A DNA stretch of 64,000 nt from Saccostrea cucullata (taxonomy: Eukaryota). The DNA lies in the NCBI RefSeq assembly GCF_032062105.1, contig NW_026936238.1:1-64000 (forward strand), written 5' to 3'. How positions within the stretch are numbered: position 1 is the first letter of the stretch; each line of letters opens with the position of its first letter. The notes below the pieces were generated by a model. It did not search any database, had not been told where the DNA came from, and was given only the letters and a program-made list of their open reading frames with translations. Of this stretch, positions 1-10,700 are shown in pieces. Position numbers and translations under genes: made by a program.

Positions 1-876
1 CTGTATTAGTGTTGGGTGATGTTACCTGTATTAGTGTTGATGATGTTACCTGTATAAGTGTGATGATATTACCTGAATAAGTGTTGATGATGTTACCTGT
101 ATTAGTGTTGGGCGATGTTACCTGTATTAGTGTTGGGTGATGTTACCTGTATTAGTGTTGGATGATATTACCTGTATAAGTGTTGGATGGTATTACCTGT
201 ATTAGTGTTGGATGATGTTACCTGTATTAGTGTTGGGTGATGTTACCTGTATTAGTGTTGGGTGATGTTACCTGTATTAGTGTTGGGTGTTGTTACCTGT
301 ATTAGTGTTGGATGATATTACCTGTATTAGTGTTGATGATGTTACCTGTATAAGTGTTGATGATATTACCTGAATAAGTGTTGGATGATATTACCTGTAT
401 TAGTGTTAGGCGATGTTACCTGTATTAGTGTTGGATGATATTACATGTATTAGTGTTGGGTGTTGTTACCTGTATTAGTGTTGGGTGATATTACCTGTAT
501 TAGTGTTGATGTTATGAGTGTTGGAATACCTGTATTAGTGTTGGATGATGTTACCTGTATTAGTGTTGGATGATATTACCTGTATAAGTGTTGGGTGATG
601 TTACCTGTATTAGTGTTGGATGATAATACCTGTATTAGTGTTGGATGATATTACCTGTATAAGTGTTGGATGATATTACCTGTATAAGTGTTGGATGATG
701 TTACCTGTATTAGTGTTGGATGATATTATTGTTACCTTTATTAGTGTTGGATGATGTTACTTGTATTATTGTTGGATGATATTACCTGTATAAGTGTTGG
801 ATGATATTACCTGTATAAGTGATGGATGATATTACCTGTATAAGTGTTGGATGATATTACCTGTATTAGTGTTGGG
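1..876 (-). repeat. 25-bp minisatellite spanning an MDN1 splice donor (copy A)
   Basis: Plus-strand unit ttacctgtattagtgttggatgata, which on the minus strand is exon end CCAACACTAATACAG plus GTAATATCAT. About 35 copies; the array runs off the window start. Confidence 0.95.
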
Positions 877-2040
877 TGGTCTGGCCACTCCTGTTGAAGT
901 TCTCTTACTCTGACCATCAGTCTCTGTAGTATAGGAACACACTGAATGACCTCTGACAAGTTAGGGTCACGGTAAACATCATAACCCTGGTGATGATTTC
1001 TCAGCCTGATTATCATATACAGACTTATGTCCTCTTGTAGTGTCTGACTGGCCACCAGGTGGCTTCCTAATGTCTGCCTTTCTACTTCTGACACTGTCGA
1101 GAAGAGAAAAAATGAAATTACGAATGTATGTATGTATATGTTTGACTGTATCACTTATTGAGATGAAATCTGTTCTTACTTAGGTTATCAAGTGTCTTTA
1201 TTGTTTTTTTAACATAAGATTAAACTTACAGTTCCACTGCCCTCTAAACAAAGGTGCAGCAATGCTATAGCACAACAATGAGGGCTCTGTGATATCCTTG
1301 GTCATGACCTCTGTCACATGACTTTGTTGTAGCCAATCAGAGGAGGACAGACTTGAGAACAGTAGCTGGTGGGTGTGGCTTACAGCTGCCACTTCCCTGT
1401 CAGTCACTCTCTGGGATGCGTCATCTATTTCCGGTTCCAAAGGCTCAGATAAACCAGTGTCTTCCAGAGAGTAGGGTGTCATCAAGTCTTGGAAATCCTA
1501 TCAAAAGAAAAACACATAGCAAAAATTCAGTAGGATTGAATACACATTTTACATATTTTAAGATAACAAAATCTCAAACCTTTCACATTCTGTAGACACC
1601 TATTACAATATAGTTCTGTACAATGACACGCTGATCTACATGTTGAAAATCTTATTTTCTTTCATGATTTTTTTTTTTTTGTATTTTGAAGACAAATTTC
1701 AACCTCAGTCCAGGCCACCCTGACTAACCTGCTGAAAGGAGGGAAAGTTCTGTCTGAATTCCTCCTCCTCTATCACATCATTGTCTCTGTCATCGCCGTG
1801 GAGATTTGTCTTGTATTTATATAGACCCTCATCAGCCTCTTTCTGACGTCGTATCTCCTCCTGATGTTTCCATGACAACACAAAACGATTGAAGATTTGG
1901 TGCAGAGACATCAGAATCTCTCTATTTAATTCTTTTCTCATCATGGCTGAGTTCCGCAGTAAAAACAATGCACCAAGGTAAAGTCTGAAAGAGGAAGGGA
2001 TAGAACGTAACATATTAGAACCAGCATGATATAGTTTAAT

Positions 2041-2663
2041 TTATTATACTTTCATGTTAAATACTAAAATCTGATTGGTTTAGACGCAGGTAACAATCCG
2101 TTCGATTACCCTGAGCCTTAGCAACATACGTGACAACGGGTAACACAACGGTAATGCCACATGCGTGGAAATTATGCGCGTACGGTTCACCGTAGAATTC
2201 TCAAAACGTCAGTTGCGCGTTTGAAAGAACCGGAATTATCTTGACGTCAATAAAAGCTTGCTTGCGATAAAGCTTACTTTAAAACAACAAACGACAGACG
2301 ATACATGCTTTGCCAGTGTAGGAAACATGCTTGCGAGCCAGAAATAACGAACCTTATAACCTGATAAATGACTCGAATTCGAGTATCAAACAAACAATAA
2401 GGAGATTAGTGAACCGGTGAGTGTGAAAGCTTTCTATGCATGAGCGTAAAGACGATCGACGGTTTTTTTTCGCTGACGTCCTAAATCAATAAGACATTCA
2501 GTATAATAAAATAAATGGTGCCTGTTTTGTAGGGTAACATTTGAAATTGACACCCCTCGGAAAACCATTGTCAACCTCCGCTGACGCGTCGGTTGACAAT
2601 GGTTTTGCTTGGGGTGCCAATTTAATCTGTTACCCTCCAAAAAAGGCACCATTTATATAATAT
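2041..2663. mobile_element. Non-autonomous element with a terminal ~145-bp hairpin, possibly Crypton-like (copy A only)
   Basis: Palindrome at 2511-2655 (ataaatggtgcc...aaccattgtcaacc-loop-ggttgacaatggtt...ggcaccatttat); absent from the copy B intron 54810-54938. Confidence 0.55.
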
Positions 2664-4074
2664 TATAGTCCTCTCCTCAACCAATGAAAATTCAACACTT
2701 TTCTATAAAGGCAGAAAACAAATAACTACACATTTACCTTGAAGTTTGCTCTGTCCCGTTCTCCTCCACCTGACCCCTACAACCAGACACCAGTCTCTCT
2801 ACTAACAGGATTTTCTGAGCTAGCTTCCAACTGCTGAATACATCTGATGAAATGAACGGGAACTTTACCAACAGATGAGCTGCTTCCCTGATGTGACCAA
2901 CTGTCTCATGGACCTTGAGAGCAAAATATATATTTATAAATTTATATTTCTGAGAAATTCACAATAACTAGGTGAAAATTGAACCCAATTTTTAATTTGA
3001 AAATATGGATAATGTAATTCAAACTTATTCCATCATTAGAAGTGCTTCTACCTGACTGGTCACTTTCAGTCTGTCTGTCAATTGTTGTGCATTGTTTGCT
3101 TCTGTTGCACAGCCAGCTATAAGCCTCATCCCACATCTCACCTGAAACAAACAAGGTCTCATTATTTCTTTACACTTAAAATGCTGAAATGGCTTTTCAC
3201 ATGAGAACATGTCTAACTTGTAAATTCATTTGAAATTTAAAAGAAAGAGCAAACAGCCCCCATTGTGGACTCAGGGAGGGGGGGGGGCATAAAAAAACAA
3301 CCTGTAACTTTATAATCACTCACCTGTTGGAGGGCGACTATGAAGGGTGTGGTGATGTCTCTGTACAAAGGGAACTCCTCCTCCAGGGAACTGACCAATC
3401 GCTGGTGAGTTTTCTGCCAGGTCCTCTCTTCTGCAATCTCATTGGATAATTCTCCAGATTTACAAATTGTTAATAATTTTTCCATCAGCTGAATTGTGTG
3501 AGTGGCAGATCCTTTGGTACTGTCAAAGTCCCTTATCATATTCAAAAGTTGTTTGTACTGCAAGAGAGCAATGAATTTCAAAGTCAAGAAAGACAACTGA
3601 CAGAGAAACTGATAAAATTTACACACATATTGCCCAAAATGTTTTGAACAATTCTATTGTCATTAACATATAGCCATCACATTAATCCTGAAATATCAAG
3701 CCACTAACCTGACAAGCACTTGGTCTGTAGGCCTGCCGGGACTGTAAAGCCTCTATCTGTCTCTGTAACTTCTCCCTCCTGTCAATCAAGTGGAGGATCA
3801 GAGGATGTTGTAGGTGGGAGGGCGTGTCCAGCAGATGTAGACCTGTCATTTGTCTGTGATGAATGACCTTGACCTCAATATCTGTATTGATCTCCTCCAG
3901 CTGATATAAAAATTATTTAACTATTAATTTATTTTTTATTTATTTTTGATTTATATAAATTTACTTGAAAATTATTTTCAGTTTATTCAATTTTGCAACA
4001 GGAAAAAAAAATCAAGAGCAAAAACATTTTTACATTAATTTCTTAATGTAAACATTTTCTGTAATTGATCTTAC

Positions 4075-4468
4075 CTCCCTTTGCTTTAGCTGTAGTTTGA
4101 TCTGTGTTTTGACCACGGGATCAACAGGTGACCTTGGTTTGTGGAGGAGCATGCCCAGTAGACCTACATACACCCACTGTCTCCCTACTGTACTCATATC
4201 AGCCTCATCATCAGAAACGGCAAGTATTCCACTCAAACACTCCCTGACTATAAATAGATCAGGACCCATAACTCCATGCAGGAGGTCTGTTATGGTTTGG
4301 ATTATTTGTTCACTGTCCCTATGAGAGGTATCTTTGTTTTGGAGGCAGGTGATGAACTCAGACACACTCTGTTTGTATTTATCTTCTGATTCCTTGGTTT
4401 TAAACATTGCCACAGTGGAGTGAAGTATTGATACAAACAGTTGGACATTGTGCTGTCTCAACAATTTC
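4075..4468 (-). CDS. MDN1: MDN1 copy A linker exon
   Basis: 11 differences in 131 aa versus the copy B exon 57068-57461 (hand count). Confidence 0.8.
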
Positions 4469-5156
4469 CTAAAAGGACAACACAATGACTTTGTATATTA
4501 TTAATATTTGTCATACAAATTATTTAATTTATTGACTTTCAATAAATTCCTGAAGCTTGTGAATACACACAACACATAATTAAAACTTACCTAGTTTTGA
4601 GATTCCCTTTACACAACATTTAACCTTGAGACCAGATGTGCTGTGACAGGATCTGTAATTTGTGAAGCCTTGATTTTAAGTCTCTCAGGGAAACATGAAT
4701 AGTGAGATGTCTGTCCTGTGATGGCTTTAGTGTTTCCTCAGATTCTCCACACATCAGGTGGTAGGCAGTCTGACTTAGTACTGACTTATGAAGACTTTCT
4801 GGACTCTAAAACATATTTAATTTGATGACATTAATCAATTTTTTTTGACATGTAGCCAGCAATTAAACAGTATTACTTCATATGAATTGAACAAGAGCAC
4901 ACAAGCAATAATATATTAAATTATGATTCCTTTGTTACTGAGAATTGTGCTGTGCCAAGTACTTAGTCAAATGTCTGTGGATATAGTCCTTTTAGTTTTT
5001 TCCTGTTCTTAATTCTCATCACATTTGGTTTAAACATTAGACAACAACAAGAGAACATATAAATACATTTAATATTATTTAGATTTTTTTGTCATAATTA
5101 TATCCTACAAACGGAGCCGGAAGAGATATGGTAATGCAATCATGCGTGTGTTTTTC

Positions 5157-5548
5157 AAAAATTTTTCACTCATATAAAGTCACCACCACTTGTTGGTGGA
5201 GAGATGCAAATTTTCTCCTTTACTCAGGTCATAGCTGCAGAACTGTAGCTCTGTGCTTGAGAAAATTCAGACAGGTAAAGCAGGGAGCTACAGATCCATG
5301 TGTTGTAAAAACTTCTGATTTACACTGATTTTTTTCTTCCTCACTTCAGGTAGAGCATGCAAGCAGAGAACTTCAGTTCTGCAGCTATTAGGGGCCATTG
5401 AGCAGTGAGGGTTACATGGAAACTCGGTTTATATGGTCTAATCCAAAGGACCAGTCTCCACGTTCTACAGTGGGATTCAAATCAACGACATAAGGATCAA
5501 CTCCTTACTTCACCATTCTAGAGCAGATGCTCTAACCACTGCATCACT
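5157..5548 (-). mobile_element. Degenerate tRNA-derived SINE interrupted by a ~160-bp MITE (5231-5388)
   Basis: Minus-strand A-box-like GCAGTGGTTAGAGC and B-box-like GATTTGAATCC; MITE TIRs atagctgcagaactg / cagttctgcagctat. Confidence 0.55.
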
Positions 5549-5990
5549 GTTTTCAATGGAAGCAACTTAATGCTGTTTCTTACTAAAGTGCAGGAATTCC
5601 TTAGAGTACATCAGCACAATCAAGGTCAATATTTTATTGATAAACCAATTCTTTAAATGTTTAAATTATAAACATTTTTAAAGAGCCAGTATTGTTTAAC
5701 ATCTTTGCTCTTTTGTTTTTTTTAAATTACAATTACTGTGTGCTAGTATGGCCCATTTATTCTCTTATTATTCAATTTCTGCAACGATGCCAAGACTGCA
5801 TGGAGATTTAAATGTTTTTGTCACTGGGCTCACCTCAGCTATTTGTGGTTTCATTGCCACAATGTGTCTTTGTTTATAACAGGAGGTAAATTACATTCTA
5901 CCTGGATACATATCTTACATTACAAATGGCTGATACTTATCACGACTTGAAGTATTGTGAAAGAGATTTAACTACCAGATCACATAAAAG

Positions 5991-6097
5991 GTAATACTTT
6001 TAAATTAGTAAGTGTTGAACATGTTGAAGCTATACACACTCATACCACTACCTAGAGTGTCTCCATTACCTACACTCTGATAATGACTATTTTTTAG
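5991..6097 (+). other. Probable 5'-UTR intron of the intact TRIM-like gene
   Basis: AAG|GTAATA donor and TTTTTTAG acceptor 17 nt before the ATG. The paralog has the same arrangement (CAG|GTAATA at 61281, acceptor AG at 61372-61373). Confidence 0.6.
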
Positions 6098-6114
6098 AGT
6101 TTGAAACAACAACA

Positions 6115-7743
6115 ATGGACCAGGTACCAGATACAGCCCAGCACTTTATTGAGTGTGACACGGGATTATGTAGGAACTTTTCTGTGTTTTACTGCAACAC
6201 CTGTCATCAGCGAATATGTGATGAATGCAAACAGCGCCATCTAGAGCAGAACAGTGGACATGACATTGTCCTCTATCACAAGAGAAAGAGAAAACTCCCG
6301 TCAGAGAAATGCAGGATCCATCCCACACAACATTTAAACGTTTACTGTAAAATTTGCCAGGATCCTCTTTGTTCTACATGTTTTACCGAACATCACAGTG
6401 ATCATGATAAAAGTGACCTTGAAACCATTTACAATGACAATCTGCAGCAATGTCAGAAAGGAATAACTGAGATTTGGAAAGAAGTCATTCCTACAGCTAA
6501 AAATAATGTTGAATCAATTGGGAAAAAGAGAGAAAATGTCAAGCAAGAAATTGCCAAGTTTAGAGTTTCCATGAAAAATAGAGCAGATGAACTGAAAGAG
6601 GTTGTTGACAATATACTAACTGATAATAATAAAAAACTGGATGAGATTGAAAACTCTGTTCTGACTGAAATGATGGAACAACAGAAGGAAACAGAGGACT
6701 ACATAAAGTACCTAGAAAAAATGATTGCAGACTATGAGAGTAGAATGTCATCAATTAAACACACCGAACTCATGAAATTCCAATTAGACATTTCTTTAGC
6801 TACCCTGAAGATGCCCAGCAAATCTGAACCCAAACTGCCAATTTTAACATCAGGTACACTAAATAAAGAAGAGATAACCAAACAGTTTGGTAAAATAGAA
6901 CTAGATTTATCAGAAAGGTTTGAACTCTCATCTGTTACAAAAGTAAGTGAAAAAACTATCCAGGGAAAAGTGTATCATTTGTCTCTCTTACCCCCAAACA
7001 AATTCTGGGCCAGTGATCTTATGAATATCATTCAGTATGACATGGAAGAAAACATCTTACATAAAATATATATCACTTTTTTAAATTTCCGAGGTAACCA
7101 CACAGTAACAACAGAGGGAGAACTGCTTTACACAGATTACAATAAAAACTCTGTATACAGAGTAAATAGTGACAAGTCCATCATCAGGTTTATTGAGACA
7201 GGTAGCTGGGAACCTGGAGCCATTTTCTCCTCTCCTATCAATGGACACATACTGGTTGTGATGGAGAGAAATCTAGTCTATAAAATAACCAGATACAGCA
7301 GAGGAGGAAGAAAGTTACAGGACATACGGCGGGATGATAAAGGACAAAATATCTACCAAAGTATAGATTACATCACCGAGAACATTAATGGTGATATCTG
7401 CACATCTGACTCTAATGCCAATAAGGTTGTGGTGGTGACAGCCTCAGGAGAGTACCGCTTCTCTTACTCTGGTCACCAGTCTCATCATGGATTCCGTCCT
7501 TATGGAATCTGTACAGATGTCCTGGGAAACATTCTTGTGTGTAATGGCTATCCTATGTCTAATGACACTTTTAGTGTCCACCTGCTGGACATCAATGGTC
7601 AGTTCCTGTCCCTCTTACTCGCACCAGATCAATGTCCTCCACGTCCCTGTGCTCTCTGTGTTGATGATCAACACAATCTGTGGGTCGGGGGAAGAAGTTC
7701 TACTGTCTCTGTGTACAAGTATTTACAGAAAACAGAAAAATGA
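6115..7743 (+). CDS. RING-less TRIM-like protein (two B-box zinc fingers, coiled coil, NHL-type beta-propeller), 542 aa, nested antisense in an MDN1 copy A intron
   Basis: Intact single-exon ORF. Motifs: CNTCHQRICDECKQRH..H and CRIH..CKICQDPLCSTCFTEHHSDH (B-boxes); heptad-rich middle; NHL-like repeats ENINGDICTSD, PYGICTDVLGNILVC, PCALCVDDQHNLWVG. AATAAA at 7796-7801. Confidence 0.9.
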   Translation: MDQVPDTAQHFIECDTGLCRNFSVFYCNTCHQRICDECKQRHLEQNSGHDIVLYHKRKRKLPSEKCRIHPTQHLNVYCKICQDPLCSTCFTEHHSDHDKSDLETIYNDNLQQCQKGITEIWKEVIPTAKNNVESIGKKRENVKQEIAKFRVSMKNRADELKEVVDNILTDNNKKLDEIENSVLTEMMEQQKETEDYIKYLEKMIADYESRMSSIKHTELMKFQLDISLATLKMPSKSEPKLPILTSGTLNKEEITKQFGKIELDLSERFELSSVTKVSEKTIQGKVYHLSLLPPNKFWASDLMNIIQYDMEENILHKIYITFLNFRGNHTVTTEGELLYTDYNKNSVYRVNSDKSIIRFIETGSWEPGAIFSSPINGHILVVMERNLVYKITRYSRGGRKLQDIRRDDKGQNIYQSIDYITENINGDICTSDSNANKVVVVTASGEYRFSYSGHQSHHGFRPYGICTDVLGNILVCNGYPMSNDTFSVHLLDINGQFLSLLLAPDQCPPRPCALCVDDQHNLWVGGRSSTVSVYKYLQKTEK

Positions 7744-10700
7744 TATCTTATTTACTGTATTATGTTTATGCTAATTAGTGTTAATTTAATGGAGAAATAA
7801 ACAAAGGTTCACTGGAAAATGAATTTAGTTGAAAACATGTTCAAATCCCAGATTTAATCCATTGATAATTTTTAATAGCAGTCTTGTTGTTGATTGCTTA
7901 TATTTATATTTGAGACAAATACTACACAAATAACAAGCCAGATAACTATGTTGTGACACACAAGGAAGTTCACCTATATCTCCACAGCATTTGATCTTTA
8001 TCAATAATCTTTGCAATATGAAATTACAGAATTTGTAATATTAATATTATCAAATATTATTATGTATCATAGTGTTTTTCCCCAAACAACCATAATATTT
8101 TAAATTGTACAATACACATGTAAAATTTTTTTGTTCTCTTCACTGTTATAAAATTGGCCAGTTTGTTTTGATTTGCTTAGAATACTAATTGTCAATGAGC
8201 ATTTGAACATTCAATGTTGCTCTACAGCTGTCAAATATTAAACAATGTCATGTACGTACATGTATTAAAAGTAGCTTATTACATGGATTTATCAAGGCTG
8301 TTTTTACTACCAGTAAACGGTACCTTTCCCCTCAAGAAAAAGGTGCAAAAATTCCCCTTTCTCAGATAGAAAATTTCCTAATTAAACGGAGAATATTTAA
8401 AACTTTGTTTTGAAATTTTCCGTTTTTGTCCAATTGAAGTTTAACAGCATATCCTAATTTACCATCCTAGTCATTTAAATGCTTTTAAAAGAAAGAATTA
8501 TATTATTCAAGCTTTTATTTGATATTGATTGGTAAACATGTGCCAAGTCCATGACGTCAAAAGATATGTAACTATGCGATTGCAGAGTTAAAAAGAAAAT
8601 GTAGATGAGTAGGATGGAGCTTATATCACTATGAATTGGAAGAATGGAGTAACAACAAAAACAATATCAGTAGTGAAACATGAAAAACAGAATTAATTTG
8701 TGATAGATATTCAGCAAAAAAAATGAAATAAAGTACTGACCTGGTTTAATTTTTTTTTTATTTTGTCTAAAAAGTGAAGTTTTTGTGGCTTTTGTGAAGG
8801 TCTACAAATGACCCTCAGAAGCTTTTTGAATGGAGAATTTTGCTCCATTTATTTAAAAATTTTCTTGGGGGGCTTGCCCCCGGATCCCCCTAGAATACTT
8901 GCGCCTCTGGCACTCAGATCGAGCCTGCGGCTTTCAATTTTCCCCTTTACATATTAAACGGTAGTAAAACAAAATAGCTAGATAAATCCCTAATTAATAG
9001 ACCAGGGTCAAAGCTATCAAGTTAATTTTAGTATCTAAGACTAAATCCAACCTTACCCAATTTTCTCTGGTCCTTTCAATACTTGATGTTGTGCTCTGAG
9101 GGGATGAGGACCAGTTTAACCACCAGTTTAGTCCTGTAGCGGAGGTGTTGGTCCACAGTTGTTGGTACAGATCACTGAGTATCTCACACAAAGTGTTACT
9201 GACAGCTTCCTGTAAATAAACGTTGTTAATTATGCATATCTTAATGATAAAATCTTGATTTTCCAATAGCAAGCTCTCTAAAGGAACTGTACGTGTACAT
9301 AAATTGGGGTAGCTTTTCAAAATTAAGCATAATCACTGGGTTTGGAATTGTTGGCATCAACATAAATTAGCGCTACATGTCCGTTCAGTGTATTGTATAT
9401 GGAAATGATTTGTTAGAGATACAGTGTATTCATAAATTAGCACATTGCTGTCTGCGCCAAAGCAACTAAAATATGAAGCCTGCTTTTTAAAGTACACTGT
9501 ATACACTATTACTTTACTTAGATCTTTCCTGTGTATTTAACATCAATTTACTCATCACATTGAAGTTGGCCTCAGTTCAATAATAAAACATTAAAATTAC
9601 TTGACTTTTGTCTTCACACTTTGCTTTCAGTTTTGCTAAAACTATCGGTGACACAGGAGTAAACTGACTCCCATAGTTAACTAATGCCCCTATCTCTGAT
9701 GAAGCAGTAAAAGTTGATGTCATCATTCCATTGACCAGCTTCAGCTCAGCGAGAACAAACATGTGATCTTTCAGAGGCCAAAGGTCAACATGATTTCCAG
9801 TCGTTGACTGGCTGCACAGTGACAGTTGATTGTTGTATTCTGGTTGGTCCATTTCCATTGCATTGTCCACTGCCTTTATTTCCTCTCGTGTTAGGTTATA
9901 TTGCTGAAGGAGTTGTCTAACCTTTCTAATGGTCTCAGCGTTATTGCCTGGAAGTTTTTAAATTTAAATATTGCAATAGGTAATGCAAACAAAAACAAAA
10001 TCATGAGGCTCAAATTAAAGGAGGATAGACATAACAGAAAGCAATGCCACTTCAGAAACTTAGCTAACAGTTATTAGAAAATCCCCATCTTATAAAAAAG
10101 AATTTATTTTTTTGGTTGAAGGCCTGCCTTATTCATACCATATGGAATTTCAGCTTTCACTTCAGTCCCTGCATTCATTACTAATGACACGATTTCACGC
10201 CTCCTCTCTAGATGTAACTGGACTTTATAGTTCATAATGAGGTCAGCAGCCTCTCTATGGATGTCAGACAGTTTACAGAGGTCACTTAGGGTCAAGCGGT
10301 CCTCAGCCTCACTCTGGATTCTGTAAGGGTGTGGGTGACCATGGGAGTTCCAGAACCTGATGTAACAATCCGTCTCCTCATATCCTGACAGCAGACCTTC
10401 ACCAGCCTGGTACAGATGTGGGAAACACTCCATAAACCTAAAGGGAGAAAAATTTGTTTTATGAATATCACATAATTTCTGTAGTTGTCCATCTTACTGT
10501 TGAAGAATACTAGTATAATCATAAGTTTTCAGTGGAAACGCCAAAATCAACAATTATCAAAGCACAGAGAAATATTTTAATAATTCTTTTTTTTGGTCAT
10601 TAAAAAAATTGATTTCAATGAATTTGACAAAAGTTATGGATTTCTTTTCAGTTTTGCCAATTTTTTTTTCAATGAATTGAACCAAGTACTGACATGCCAC

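Noticed and set aside
4097-4324. Plus-strand ORF conserved at 57090-57317
   Set aside because: Antisense shadow of the duplicated MDN1 exon.
8295-8972. Possible TIR element downstream of the TRIM gene
   Set aside because: Only a short imperfect inverted match and no clear target duplication.
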